The notes under the pieces: generated by a model | What the model was told of the DNA's origin: nothing | The model's database searches: none | What the model saw: only the letters and a program-made list of their open reading frames with translations | NCBI GenBank assembly: GCA_964424235.1 | Contig: CAYRHY010000001.1 | Span: 2,830-66,829 of the forward strand | Source: an uncultured Candidatus Saccharibacteria bacterium | GTDB taxonomy: Bacteria > Patescibacteriota > Minisyncoccia > Phycocordibacterales > SBAW01 | Direction: 5' to 3' | DNA length: 64,000 bases | In this document: positions 28,739-38,922 of the stretch, piece after piece | Position numbering within the stretch: position 1 is the stretch's first letter | Layout of the letters: every line of letters starts with the position of its first letter | Translations under genes and position numbers: made by a program

Positions 28739-30672
28739 GGTCGTATCAACATTTCATGTTTGATCTCATTACTAAAGGTGCGCGCGAGTATAGTGCCAAT
28801 ACACAACACGAGACTTAATGCAGCGAGCCACCAGATGTGCCACACCACCGCAAACCCAAAAGCGGTCGCGAGTGCGCCAAGAATGAGACCTACCATAGAT
28901 GGCTTCGGGAGTACGATCTCCTCATCTTTTTCCTGTAGCTTTGTACCCTTTTCTTTCTGCATCCAAAACGCATCACGACCGTACACAACAGGAAGTGTTT
29001 TGAAATTATAGACTGGCGGTGGCGTAGACACAGACCACTCTAGCGTGCGCGCATCCCACGGGTCGCTACCCACGCGTAGTTTTTTCCTATTTTTTATACT
29101 CACCACAAGCTGTATGACCTGGGTGGCAAAACCAAACACGATAAGTGCCGCACCTATTGCCGCCACAATAAAGAGCGGCTGCCAGCCCAGACCAGCGGCA
29201 TAGTGGTCGAGCCGACGTGTCGCGCCCATAAAGCCCAAAATATAGAGTGGGCCAAACGCCAAAATGAATCCCCACAACCAAAGCCAAAATGCTCGCCTCC
29301 CCCATCGCTCATCAAGTGCGAAGCCAAATATTTTTGGGAACCAATACGCGAGCCCTGCAAAATAGCCAAACAAAACACCACTCACAATCATGGTGTGGAA
29401 GTGCGCGACCAAAAAGAGACTGTTGTGCAGCTGATAATCTGCCGGCGGCTCAGAGAGCACCACGCCGGCCACTCCACCCATCGTGAAGCACACCACAAAA
29501 CCCATAAACCACAGCATCGGTGTCGGGAAGCGAATCGACCCGCGATACATAGTAAAGAGCCAGTTGAATATTTTTACACCCGTGGGCACGGCGATAATCA
29601 TCGTCATGATACCGAAAAATGCATTTACCTTAGCGCCTGCACCCATTGTAAAGAAGTGGTGTAGCCACACAATGAATGAGAAAAAAGTTATTGCCGCTAT
29701 CGAATAGACCATGGAGGTATAGCCCGCTAGTTTTTTCTGGGAGAAGACCGGCACGATCTCCGAAAAGATACCGAACGCCGGCAAAATAAGAATATACACC
29801 TCCGGGTGGCCCCACGCCCAAATAAGGTTAACGTACAGCATCATATTGCCACCACCATCGATCGTAAAGAAGTGAAAGCCTACTGTGCGGTCAAGCGCGA
29901 GAAGCGCAAGTGTGAGTGTGAAGATGGGAAACGCAAAAATAACCAACGTCATGGAACCTAATACTGTCCAGACGAACATAGGCATACGCATAAGTGTCAT
30001 GCCGCGGCAGCGCATCTTCAAAATGGTGACAAAAAAGTTTATCCCTGAGATCAAACTTCCAACACCACCAATTTGCAGCGCCCATATCCAATAGTCGACT
30101 CCGGTACCAGGCGAGAATTGTAATTCAGAGAGCGGTGGGTATGAGAGCCAGCCTGCCGCAGAAAAATCACCGAGCATAAGCGAGATATTTACCAAGAGCG
30201 CACCTGCAGCAAACAGCCAGAGGCTAATGTTGTTGAGGAGTGGGAACGCCACGTCGCGCGCACCTATTTGTAGCGGTAGCACCAAATTGATGATGCCAAA
30301 CATGATACCCATCGCGACAAAAAAGATCATGATAGAGCCATGTGCAGTGAAGAGCTCTTGAAAGTGTGCGGCACTTACTATACCTGAGGAATCCCCCACC
30401 GAGAGTGCCTGTTGTAGGCGCATAAGCACCATGTCTGCGCCACCACGCACAAACATAACGAGCGCGATGACGATATACATGACGCCGATGCCCTTATGGT
30501 CAAGCGACATAAGCCACTCTCGCAAAAGTTTCTTCCACCACCCAAAGCGCACCAGCACAAAGAAACAGCCGATGATGAACACAACCTCAACAAGCGCACC
30601 GCCCATCGCAATTGGATTTTGCGGTAGCGCATCAAGCGAGAGTCTGCCAAATACAAAAGAATGCCACGTCAT
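28735..30672 (-). CDS. cyoB: Heme-copper quinol oxidase subunit I
   Basis: 645 aa; 12+ TM helices; WAWGHPEVYILILPAFG, WLHHFFTMGAG, HFHTMIVSG motifs. Confidence 0.9.
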   Translation of the reverse strand: MTWHSFVFGRLSLDALPQNPIAMGGALVEVVFIIGCFFVLVRFGWWKKLLREWLMSLDHKGIGVMYIVIALVMFVRGGADMVLMRLQQALSVGDSSGIVSAAHFQELFTAHGSIMIFFVAMGIMFGIINLVLPLQIGARDVAFPLLNNISLWLFAAGALLVNISLMLGDFSAAGWLSYPPLSELQFSPGTGVDYWIWALQIGGVGSLISGINFFVTILKMRCRGMTLMRMPMFVWTVLGSMTLVIFAFPIFTLTLALLALDRTVGFHFFTIDGGGNMMLYVNLIWAWGHPEVYILILPAFGIFSEIVPVFSQKKLAGYTSMVYSIAAITFFSFIVWLHHFFTMGAGAKVNAFFGIMTMIIAVPTGVKIFNWLFTMYRGSIRFPTPMLWFMGFVVCFTMGGVAGVVLSEPPADYQLHNSLFLVAHFHTMIVSGVLFGYFAGLAYWFPKIFGFALDERWGRRAFWLWLWGFILAFGPLYILGFMGATRRLDHYAAGLGWQPLFIVAAIGAALIVFGFATQVIQLVVSIKNRKKLRVGSDPWDARTLEWSVSTPPPVYNFKTLPVVYGRDAFWMQKEKGTKLQEKDEEIVLPKPSMVGLILGALATAFGFAVVWHIWWLAALSLVLCIGTILARTFSNEIKHEMLIRP

Positions 30673-30676
30673 ATAA

Positions 30677-31495
30677 TTACATCTGTATGTCGTGCATAGG
30701 CATCACCATACCCTTCCCAGCAATTGTAGTATAAAGATCATCCGCCACCGGCGCATAATAGCGCACACGGTCATAGGTACTGGTTGCTGCAAGGAGAGGG
30801 TAGGTTTCGTGTGTAAGGGGCACCGTTGAGGGCGAGAGACGAACCAAACTCGTCCATGCTGCAAAATCATTTTGTGCTACTGCGCGCACCGTAAAGGCCA
30901 TACCAGAGAATCCTTCGCCACTTATGTTTGCTGATGAACCTTGGAAAACGCCTGTGCGTGTCGCCATGAGATTCAATTGCGTCGACATGCCGGGCATAAC
31001 CATAATTTGGCCACCAAGTTGCGGCACCCAAAATGAGTTCATGGGCGCGTCGGCAGTGAGTGAAAAATGTACTGGCACATCTTGCGGAATAACCAACTCA
31101 TTCACACTCGCGATCCCAAGCTCCGGGTAAATAAAAAGCCACTTCCAATTGAGCGCCACCACCTCGACTTCAAGCGGTGTTCCTGGTAGTGGCACATAGG
31201 GATCAAGCTTGTGCGAGCTTTTCCAGGCGAGAATCGATAGACACAGAATAATGAGCGCAGGAATCACCCACCACACAATCTCTGCGATCGTACTGTCATG
31301 ATCCCAATGCGGAGCATGCGCACGTTTCGCGAGCGGCCCCGAAGCGCGATACCGCCACGCAAAGAGAAATAGCATGATAAAAACCGGTAGCACCACGATC
31401 GCACTGAGCGCAAACGTAGTGTATATGACTGAGCGCTCCCCCAAAGCAATGGGCCCAGCAGGATCAAGCAAAGGCATGTGTAACCACGAGAACAT
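30677..31495 (-). CDS. cyoA: Quinol oxidase subunit II (no CuA ligands, ubiquinol/bo3-type)
   Basis: LTADAPMNSFWVPQLGGQIMVMPGM lacks the Cys/His CuA site; ORF-track start 31603 overlaps tRNA-Leu, so start moved to internal Met (MFSWLH, 31495). Confidence 0.8.
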   Translation of the reverse strand: MFSWLHMPLLDPAGPIALGERSVIYTTFALSAIVVLPVFIMLFLFAWRYRASGPLAKRAHAPHWDHDSTIAEIVWWVIPALIILCLSILAWKSSHKLDPYVPLPGTPLEVEVVALNWKWLFIYPELGIASVNELVIPQDVPVHFSLTADAPMNSFWVPQLGGQIMVMPGMSTQLNLMATRTGVFQGSSANISGEGFSGMAFTVRAVAQNDFAAWTSLVRLSPSTVPLTHETYPLLAATSTYDRVRYYAPVADDLYTTIAGKGMVMPMHDIQM

Positions 31496-31511
31496 TAGCA
31501 CTACTATAACC

Positions 31512-31550
31512 GACAAAAAACACCCAACTTTTGGTTGGGTGTTTTTTGTT
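31512..31550 (-). terminator. Palindromic A-run/stem/T-run terminator immediately 3' of tRNA-Leu
   Basis: AACAAAAAACACCCAAC-CAAAA-GUUGGGUGUUUUUUGUC on the minus strand; symmetric so could act bidirectionally. Confidence 0.45.
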
Positions 31551-31635
31551 TGGTGCCCAGGAGAGGACTCGAACCTCCAAGCCTTGCGGCATATGCACCT
31601 CAAGCATACGCGTATACCAATTCCGCCACCTGGGC
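31551..31635 (-). tRNA. tRNA-Leu (anticodon GAG), long variable arm, CCA encoded
   Basis: GCCCAGGTGGCGGAATTGGTA...anticodon stem TATGC/GCATA with loop TTGAGGT...GGTTCGAGTCC...CCTGGGCACCA; 85 nt. Confidence 0.85.
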
Positions 31636-31700
31636 ATCTGTGTAATCAGACAAGCTACAAACCGAACAATACGAACAAGGTGCAGTATACCCTAAAACAA

Positions 31701-31720
31701 AAAAGGCGCTATGGCCTTTT
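31701..31720 (-). terminator. Weak palindromic terminator after rplS
   Basis: AAAAGGC-GCTATG-GCCTTTT; A/T-rich stem with 3 GC pairs flanked by A- and T-runs. Confidence 0.3.
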
Positions 31721-32277
31721 TACTGCGCGGTTGTCTCCGGGGTCTCGTTGGTGAGACCTTCTTCGGTTGGAGTTTCTGCAGAGACAGTCTCTACTGATTC
31801 AGTTGCAGGGACCAAGTCCTCAGCTGCAGGAGCAGCAACTTCAACCTCAGGCTCTGGAGCAAAATCCTCTGTCGAAAGAGAAACTTGCATCGACTTGCGC
31901 ATAGCGCGCTTTTGGTCACGCGACGCCTTCTCGCGGATGAAGTAGAGCTTTGCGCGGCGCACCTTTGCGCGGCGCAACACCTCGATAGAGTCGATCATTG
32001 GCGAGTAAAGTGGGAAGATCTTCTCCACCCCTACTCCACTGGCAACACGGCGCACCGTAAAGGTAGCACCTGGCTCAGTGCCGTGCTTAACCGCAAGGAC
32101 GAGACCTTCAAACGCTTGCTTACGGGTGTTTTTAGTGAGGACCTCCTTCTTGTTGGCAGCCTTACCCTTCTTGAGTTCAACAATGTTTTGCCAGACACGG
32201 ACAGTATCGCCGGTGCGGATACCGACTTCGGCGCGCGCCTTCATGTTGACTGGGGATGTTTTGACTGCAGATTTCAT
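31720..32277 (-). CDS. rplS: 50S ribosomal protein L19 with acidic C-terminal extension
   Basis: [12 protein letters not shown]...[45 protein letters not shown]; ~60-aa E/T/P-rich tail. Confidence 0.85.
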   Translation of the reverse strand: MKSAVKTSPVNMKARAEVGIRTGDTVRVWQNIVELKKGKAANKKEVLTKNTRKQAFEGLVLAVKHGTEPGATFTVRRVASGVGVEKIFPLYSPMIDSIEVLRRAKVRRAKLYFIREKASRDQKRAMRKSMQVSLSTEDFAPEPEVEVAAPAAEDLVPATESVETVSAETPTEEGLTNETPETTAQ

Positions 32278-32383
32278 ATCCTAGCGAGTGAGTGAATCAA
32301 AGCTTGCTTTTATTCCGAGCGAGCGACGGATATATGAGGGCCGCGAGGCCGCTCTTATGCCAGCACAATCTAACACAAACAGG

Positions 32384-33052
32384 CTACGGACGCAATTTCT
32401 TTTCGGCCTCGATGAAATCGGGGGGTAGTGGGGCGGCAAAGGTCTGCTCAGTACCGCCAGGCAAAGTTAGAGTGAGAGAAAGGGCATGTAGTGCTAGACG
32501 CTCAAATCCCAAGAGTGCTGGGCGATTGGGCGCGTAGAGTTGGTCGCAGAGTATAGGGCGTTGGATGGAGGCTACGTGCACACGGATTTGGTGGGTGCGG
32601 CCGGTTTTGGGCATTACTTCCAAATAAGTTGTATCGTGGCCCCGCTCGAGCACACGAAAAGTCGTGACCGCTTCGCGGGTGGTACCTTGCGGACGCAAGG
32701 CGCTTCGAGGACCCCGTCCACCGCGACTACTACCGATAGGCTTATCGATAATACCGCGTTCATCTTTAATAACGCCGTACACAAACGCGCGATAGGTTTT
32801 ACGCACCAGCCGCTCTTGAAACTGCTCTTTGAGATACGCGTATGCAGCTTCGGTTTTCGCAACAATAAGCACGCCGGAAGTCTCCCGATCGATGCGGTGC
32901 ACTAAGTAGTAGTTCCCTTCCCCATAACGCTCAGCGAGCCAAGAAGTCAGAGCTGGATAGTCATGCTTCTCGTCAGGATGCACAATCATCCCCGACGGTT
33001 TGTCTACAACCACCACCTCGTCGTTTTCAAAAATAATAGCCGGGTCTGGCAT
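32384..33052 (-). CDS. RluA-family pseudouridine synthase
   Basis: Catalytic motif HRIDRETSGVLIVAKT (HRLD..TSG). Confidence 0.85.
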   Translation of the reverse strand: MPDPAIIFENDEVVVVDKPSGMIVHPDEKHDYPALTSWLAERYGEGNYYLVHRIDRETSGVLIVAKTEAAYAYLKEQFQERLVRKTYRAFVYGVIKDERGIIDKPIGSSRGGRGPRSALRPQGTTREAVTTFRVLERGHDTTYLEVMPKTGRTHQIRVHVASIQRPILCDQLYAPNRPALLGFERLALHALSLTLTLPGGTEQTFAAPLPPDFIEAEKKLRP

Positions 33053-33055
33053 TTT

Positions 33056-33131
33056 TGGTGCGCGGTGAGGGACTCGAACCCCCGACCTTCTCAGTGTAAA
33101 TGAGTTGCTCTACCAACTGAGCTAACCGCGC
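33056..33131 (-). tRNA. tRNA-Val (anticodon UAC), CCA encoded
   Basis: GCGCGGTTAGCTCAGTTGGTAGAGCAACTCATTTACACTGAGAAGGTCGGGGGTTCGAGTCCCTCACCGCGCACCA; 76 nt. Confidence 0.85.
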
Positions 33132-33224
33132 GCTTGTCCTCCATAGCCTCAGCAAAGAAGGAATGTTCACACTCTACCCTTCTTTACACTTTTTCTCAAT
33201 ATAGCGAACAAAGGTGGTATTATT

Positions 33225-34013
33225 TTGGTAATGGACGAACAGATGCTCCAATATATACGCACACGAAAAAGTGTGCGCGTACCAGACGACATGATACGCC
33301 AAGAACTCCAGGGCGTTGGGTGGGACGCAGCCTCTATCGATGCAGCATTCGCTTCGCTGGTGCCTGCGCCACCGCCGCAATCGACCCCTCCCCCAGTCAC
33401 AACAACTCCACAACCAACCCCTCAAACCCAAGTGGCTCCCGCAGCGACCGTAAACACTCCTCCAACTTCTACAAACGCAGCGCCTGCGGCGGCAACTCCT
33501 GCAGCGCAACCAATAGCAACACTCGCAACAACTCCTGTGTCAGCACCACAACCCACAACTCCACAGCCAGAGTCGCAGCCAGCAGCACCAACACCTTCCA
33601 CCACCGAACCAACCCCTACCACAGCGCAATCACAAACTGCTCCTAGCGGCGCGAAACGTATCCTATTAGTTGAAGACGAGAAGGCGCTCGCCACAGTCAT
33701 GAGTCTGAAGTTAAAAAATGCAGGTTACGACGTAGTTGTGGTTTACAATGGAGACGATGCTCTGCGCACACTTGGCGGTAGTTACTTCGACCTTATGCTG
33801 GTTGATATCATGATGCCCAAACGCGACGGATTTAGTGTGTTGGAAGAGTTGAAGAAACAGAATAATCAGATCCCCGTCTTTGCCATGTCGAACCTTGGAC
33901 AAGAAGAGGACATAGCACGCGTCAAAAGCATGGGTGTGAAAGAGTACATCGTCAAAGCAGACGCATCCCCCACCGACATTCTTGGGCGTGTCGATGCATT
34001 TCTTAAGCACTAA
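33225..34013 (+). CDS. Single-domain response regulator (CheY-like receiver) with ~130-aa Pro/Thr/Ala-rich N-terminal extension
   Basis: KRILLVEDEKALATVMSLKLKNAGYDVVVVYNGDDAL...DLMLVDIMMPKRDGF receiver motifs; PT-rich low-complexity N-terminus. Confidence 0.75.
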   Translation: MVMDEQMLQYIRTRKSVRVPDDMIRQELQGVGWDAASIDAAFASLVPAPPPQSTPPPVTTTPQPTPQTQVAPAATVNTPPTSTNAAPAAATPAAQPIATLATTPVSAPQPTTPQPESQPAAPTPSTTEPTPTTAQSQTAPSGAKRILLVEDEKALATVMSLKLKNAGYDVVVVYNGDDALRTLGGSYFDLMLVDIMMPKRDGFSVLEELKKQNNQIPVFAMSNLGQEEDIARVKSMGVKEYIVKADASPTDILGRVDAFLKH

Positions 34014-34016
34014 TAT

Positions 34017-35717
34017 ATGACCGACTCTACCGAGCAAAAACCAGAAACGAAAAAACCCGTCACCAAACTGGAAGATGCGTTTATTAAAGATGCTCTCCTG
34101 AAAGGTCAGTATGTGAGCACTGAGGACATGGCGCATGCTGAGGAGTACGCTAAATCGCACCACACCGCCATCACTGAATACCTTTTTAATGCTGAGTTAT
34201 TAAACAAAGGACTCTTGGGGCACGCAGTCGCAGAAGCACTGCATGTAAAATATATCGACCTCTCGCAGAACCCGCCGCAAAAAGCCACGATCGCAAAAAT
34301 TCCTAAAGAGACAGCTGAACAAAATCGTGTCGTTCTGGTTGACGATACTACTGATATTGTTGTTGCAACAGACGCTCTCGATCCCAAGGCAACAAGCGAT
34401 GCTGTTGCACCCCTTTTCTCTGGCAAGAAAATCACAGTATGTTGGGCGTTTAGTGGGGACATGGAGCGTATCTTCCCGCTCTATAAGGAGGCGCTGGCTG
34501 TGCGCTTTACTGAAATCATTAAACGCGAGCAAAAAGTTGCTCCTGAAATTGTTGAGCAAATTGTTGAAGATGCTATTTTGCTGCGTGCTTCAGACATCCA
34601 CCTCGAGCCGCAGGAGAGCGAGGTGCTCGTGCGTTTTCGTATCGACGGCGTGCTTGAAGAAGCAGGCACACTCCCGAAACTCCAATACGAAAATATTCTC
34701 AACCGTATAAAAATAGAGGCACGCCTGCGTATCGACGAACATATGCGCAGCCAAGATGGCGCCATTCGCTACCACAAAGGCACCAACTCTGCTGACCTGC
34801 GCGTCTCGATCGTTCCGACGGTTTCCGGCGAAAAGGTGGTGATGCGTCTTTTGGGTGAATATCTGCGAACTCTCACGCTCGCTGACATTGGCCTTTCTCA
34901 AAAACATCAAGCTCTTCTCACTGAAATTGCTAATAGACCGTACGGTATGATCCTCACTGCGGGTCCCACTGGTTCGGGTAAAACGACTACTCTATATTCT
35001 ATTTTGCGCATGCTCAACGACTCGAGTGTTAACGTCACCACTATTGAAGATCCGGTAGAATATCGCATTGGTCGCATCAACCAAGTGCAGGTGAATGACG
35101 CGACCGGGCTCACCTTCGCTAGCGGATTGCGCACCGTGGTGCGCCAAGACCCTGATGTCATACTCGTGGGAGAAATTCGTGATCTTGAAACCGCGGAGAT
35201 TTCCGTTAACGCTGCGCTCACCGGCCATCTTCTACTTTCAACCTTCCACGCCAATGACGCGTCCACCGTAGTGCCGCGCTTACTCGATATGAAAGTCGAA
35301 TCATTTTTGCTCGCCTCTACCCTCTCGGTGATCATCGCACAACGTCTTATCCGCCGCATTTGCTCGCATTGCAAAGTATCCGAAACGGTTACCGTCGCCT
35401 CTCTTATTGAGGAATTTCCAAAACTCAAACCGTTCCTCACTGGCAACGAGTTGATCGTGTACAAAGGGAAAGGGTGTGATAAGTGCAACAGGACTGGTTT
35501 TAAGGGACAGTCCGGCATTTTCGAATTTATTGAGGTTACCTCAAAGATCGAAGAGACGATCCTCAAAGATCCGTCAGCTGAAGCAATCGAGCGCACCGCA
35601 CGCGAACAAGGAGCAAAAAGTTTCTTTGAAGATGGCCTTGATAAAGTACTTGCTGGCATCACCACATTTGAAGAACTCTTACGTGTAGCATTGCCACCAA
35701 AAATTCTCGAACAATAA
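34017..35717 (+). CDS. pilB: Type IV pilus assembly ATPase PilB (GspE family)
   Basis: 566 aa; N-terminal GspII_E_N-like domain, Walker A ILTAGPTGSGKTTTLYSIL, Asp box, Walker B, His box, tetracysteine CSHC...CDKC. Confidence 0.85.
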   Translation: MTDSTEQKPETKKPVTKLEDAFIKDALLKGQYVSTEDMAHAEEYAKSHHTAITEYLFNAELLNKGLLGHAVAEALHVKYIDLSQNPPQKATIAKIPKETAEQNRVVLVDDTTDIVVATDALDPKATSDAVAPLFSGKKITVCWAFSGDMERIFPLYKEALAVRFTEIIKREQKVAPEIVEQIVEDAILLRASDIHLEPQESEVLVRFRIDGVLEEAGTLPKLQYENILNRIKIEARLRIDEHMRSQDGAIRYHKGTNSADLRVSIVPTVSGEKVVMRLLGEYLRTLTLADIGLSQKHQALLTEIANRPYGMILTAGPTGSGKTTTLYSILRMLNDSSVNVTTIEDPVEYRIGRINQVQVNDATGLTFASGLRTVVRQDPDVILVGEIRDLETAEISVNAALTGHLLLSTFHANDASTVVPRLLDMKVESFLLASTLSVIIAQRLIRRICSHCKVSETVTVASLIEEFPKLKPFLTGNELIVYKGKGCDKCNRTGFKGQSGIFEFIEVTSKIEETILKDPSAEAIERTAREQGAKSFFEDGLDKVLAGITTFEELLRVALPPKILEQ

Positions 35718-35720
35718 TCT

Positions 35721-36761
35721 ATGGCAAAAGAAACTGACTTTTTTCTCGAAAACCTTAGTATCTTGATGCGCTCATCGCTCCCTATCCGAGAAGCGGTTTC
35801 AACGCTTAAGGAAGAGATCCGCGGCAAGAGTATGCGTCGCGCAATCACCGTTATCGAGCAAGAAATAGATGCGGGTGGGAAAATTTCTACCGCACTACAA
35901 AAAAGCAAAATGCTTTCTGAGCGTTATGTGGCGCTGCTACGCCTTGGTGAAGAAACAGGGGAGCTCCAAAAACAGATGGCGCTCGTGGTAGATGAGCAAA
36001 AAAAAGAACAAGCGCTCCATTCGAAAATTCGCGGCGCACTCATCTACCCCGCTATTGTTATTCTCATCACCATATGCGTAGGTATTTTTACCATGTGGTA
36101 TATCTTCCCGCGTCTCACCGCGGTCTTCGCGCAAAGCGGTGGTCAACTCCCCCTTACCACCCGCGTCATTATTGGTATAGGCAATTTCCTAACCGAGTGG
36201 GGCGTCATTGTGGTGCCAGGCGGATTCACTATTGCTGCGCTCCTTATATATTTTTTATTTATTTATTCAAAAACACGTAGCATTGGTGAACGTATCTTAC
36301 TCCACACACCCGTGATGCGCACCATCATCCAAGACCTTGAGCTAGCGCGATTCGGCTACGTGATGGGTTCCCTTTTACACGCAGGCATTACGGTGCCACA
36401 AGCGCTCATTTCCATGCAGGACTCGACCACCTTTGTGCTGTATAAACGGTTTTACACAGAACTCTACAGCAAAGTAACTGAAGGGGCGTCACTCTACAAA
36501 GCAATTACTATGTATCCTGAGTACCAGCAATTCGTGCCTTCATACTTAGCGCGTCTCATTTCAGCGGGAGAAATGTCCGGCTCACTTTCAGAAACACTCA
36601 GTGATATTGGGGAAATGTTTGAAGTAAAGACAGCAAACATAACACAAAATCTCAGTGTCATGCTCGAACCCATCATCATTGTGGTGGTTGGTCTTGTGGT
36701 CGCCTTTCTGGCCGTGGCGATCATCTCCCCTATCTATGGACTCACCACACAAATTAATTAG
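35721..36761 (+). CDS. pilC: Type IV pilus platform protein PilC (GspF family), short form
   Basis: 346 aa; two T2SSF-like repeats with 3 TM helices. Confidence 0.8.
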   Translation: MAKETDFFLENLSILMRSSLPIREAVSTLKEEIRGKSMRRAITVIEQEIDAGGKISTALQKSKMLSERYVALLRLGEETGELQKQMALVVDEQKKEQALHSKIRGALIYPAIVILITICVGIFTMWYIFPRLTAVFAQSGGQLPLTTRVIIGIGNFLTEWGVIVVPGGFTIAALLIYFLFIYSKTRSIGERILLHTPVMRTIIQDLELARFGYVMGSLLHAGITVPQALISMQDSTTFVLYKRFYTELYSKVTEGASLYKAITMYPEYQQFVPSYLARLISAGEMSGSLSETLSDIGEMFEVKTANITQNLSVMLEPIIIVVVGLVVAFLAVAIISPIYGLTTQIN

Positions 36762-36925
36762 CGCCACCTGCGGCGATACCACCCGATCGCAAGTAAGAGC
36801 ACTATAGCGACCACCAAAACTCCCACACACAGCAGCGGTGAGGGAGAACTCTCAGCGCCTTTGGTTTGCAGCGCATGTTCAACGTTGGGACGCACTCCTT
36901 CTGGCATCGGTTGCAACTCCATACG

Positions 36926-38311
36926 TTAATTACTAACCCAATTGATTTGTTGATAGCCGCTTGTTGAAAGTGGGAAATTGGGTGGTGGACTATAGAGTAA
37001 ATTTTTATCGTAGGTGTCATTAGTAATTCCATAACCAGCAGTGGGGTTACCTCCGCTGTCTACCCATGACCACGTCCACTGACCGTACGACATAATAGAA
37101 CCAAAAATAGTGATACTTGTTTTAATATTCCCCGGATAATAGAAAAATTGTGTTGATCCGTTTTGCGCTATGAGCGCAGCATCGATCTCTAGATTGCTCG
37201 GCGCACTGTAGGTGATCACGATATTATTTTGGGCCAATAGTCCCAACACTGAAGATCCATCTTTTGCGGCATAGAGAATATTGTTAGGAATATAAATAGT
37301 AGGAGCACTCCCCACCACATACGGCAACTTAGCCGCAGCGAGCATCACCCGGCCCTGCACCGTACCCTCGACCCACACACTATCTTCAATATAGATAATG
37401 CCATTGCTTGGTATAGTCTGTGTTGAAATCAGGGTGCGCTTCTTATAATCAGTGTCTTCATTATGCGCGACTCCATACACATCCCATCCAGTTGGGTTTG
37501 AGTTGAGACTCGTTACCTTGTATATAGTCACCGTTCCACCACTATTAAACACTAGTGAGTACCCGAGCGCGCTGGATGGCGATAGATAGATGCCGCCGCT
37601 TTGTGCAGCCGCTTTAAAAGTCGAAAGGTTCGCGGTAAGTGCTGAAAAATCGACCGCGGGCACTGGAAATTGCCAAAAGCTTTTTACTGCCGCTGACGCA
37701 CTCCCCCAGACGCCATTTTGTACTGAAGGGCAAGGGGAACCTTGTGATGAGGGGCAGCTATAGGTCGTCTTTGCTGAGGAGATGGGCGCATTGCCTACCC
37801 CATCGAAACGTATACCGTTGTTCGATTGTAATTTACCACTAATAGTTTCACCAGCGCCGATCCATACAATGTCATTACTTAAGAATGAGTATTGCGCGAG
37901 CGATGGGATACCGTACTGCGCAGTAATTGTTCGCTTGTCATTGGGGTTTGCCGTCGTCCAACCAGTAGATTTAATAGTAACAATAGTCGAACCCACGATA
38001 GGTGGCGTGATGGTGAGACTATACTGCCCAATAACCGCACCGGTAGTCAGGTCAGTATACGAATGTACATACGGCCCTGGTGTAGTGGTGCCATCACGAT
38101 AATCGGTTGGAAAGTGTGCGAGGTGCCACTGATAGTAATTAAGACCCGCTTCAGCCACCTGGAATGCTTGTTCGTGATTGATGCGCCCCGGACCCATTTG
38201 TATTTCCTTGCGTACCACATCTAGCAGCGGCACCATCATGAGTGAAAACACGAACAGGAGCATTACCATCCCCACCAACGCATCACCACGCCTATACTGC
38301 CTCGTTCTCAT
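36926..38311 (-). CDS. PilX-like pilus assembly protein (PilX N-terminal domain)
   Basis: 461 aa; hydrophobic N-terminus then QAFQVAEAGLNYYQW typical of PilX_N; last gene of a pilV-pilW-pilX-like arrangement. Confidence 0.5.
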   Translation of the reverse strand: MRTRQYRRGDALVGMVMLLFVFSLMMVPLLDVVRKEIQMGPGRINHEQAFQVAEAGLNYYQWHLAHFPTDYRDGTTTPGPYVHSYTDLTTGAVIGQYSLTITPPIVGSTIVTIKSTGWTTANPNDKRTITAQYGIPSLAQYSFLSNDIVWIGAGETISGKLQSNNGIRFDGVGNAPISSAKTTYSCPSSQGSPCPSVQNGVWGSASAAVKSFWQFPVPAVDFSALTANLSTFKAAAQSGGIYLSPSSALGYSLVFNSGGTVTIYKVTSLNSNPTGWDVYGVAHNEDTDYKKRTLISTQTIPSNGIIYIEDSVWVEGTVQGRVMLAAAKLPYVVGSAPTIYIPNNILYAAKDGSSVLGLLAQNNIVITYSAPSNLEIDAALIAQNGSTQFFYYPGNIKTSITIFGSIMSYGQWTWSWVDSGGNPTAGYGITNDTYDKNLLYSPPPNFPLSTSGYQQINWVSN

Positions 38312-38922
38312 TAATTTCCTAAATTAGTCTTTAAGTTTCGCATCGTCGCACCAGCGGTCATGGTAAATGTAGTGGTTGCCGTACGAGAATCTTTTGTAAA
38401 TACAGTGAGCGCCATCTGCACATACGTCACCTGCGCGATAGATACTGGCTGCGCAAGAGGAAGCGAGGTCGTAGCTCCAACATAATTCCCATCATAGTAC
38501 GTAAAGATGCTCGAGCTAGTAGAGGCAAGAGTCATGAGAGGAGAAATTTTTTCGGATGCAATTGGGTAGGAGGCTGGTGTGCCTATTGGTTTTGTGACCC
38601 CTTTGTAAAGCGTGTTACTTGATATGAAGTACCGGACTCTCAGGGTAGAGCCGTCATAACTACCATAGGGTGTATAAAAAATAATAGCGGAAGAGCTCGC
38701 GAGCGTGAGTGGGTATGACCCGTCACCCGCAGTAGTAGCATCACGAATTTCATTAAGAAACGTATTAGTCACAATACGCGCGGTGTCGATGGTACCGATC
38801 GCGAGCGGCTGCTGTGTGGTCAGAGAAAAAACTTTAGCCACCGTACCCACCACCGTAACCATGAGTAAGAGCCCTATACCCATTGCGACAAGAAACTCTA
38901 TGAGGGTCAGCCCGCGGTTCAT
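38311..38922 (-). CDS. Prepilin-type minor pilin (PilW-like)
   Basis: N-terminal class III signal MNRGLTLIEFLVAMGIGLLLM (GLTLIE cleavage/methylation motif). Confidence 0.65.
   Translation of the reverse strand: MNRGLTLIEFLVAMGIGLLLMVTVVGTVAKVFSLTTQQPLAIGTIDTARIVTNTFLNEIRDATTAGDGSYPLTLASSSAIIFYTPYGSYDGSTLRVRYFISSNTLYKGVTKPIGTPASYPIASEKISPLMTLASTSSSIFTYYDGNYVGATTSLPLAQPVSIAQVTYVQMALTVFTKDSRTATTTFTMTAGATMRNLKTNLGN

Noticed and set aside
34907-35908. 333-aa minus-strand ORF
   Set aside because: Antisense shadow of pilB/pilC with Ser/Arg-rich composition; the pilB Walker motifs are on the plus strand.
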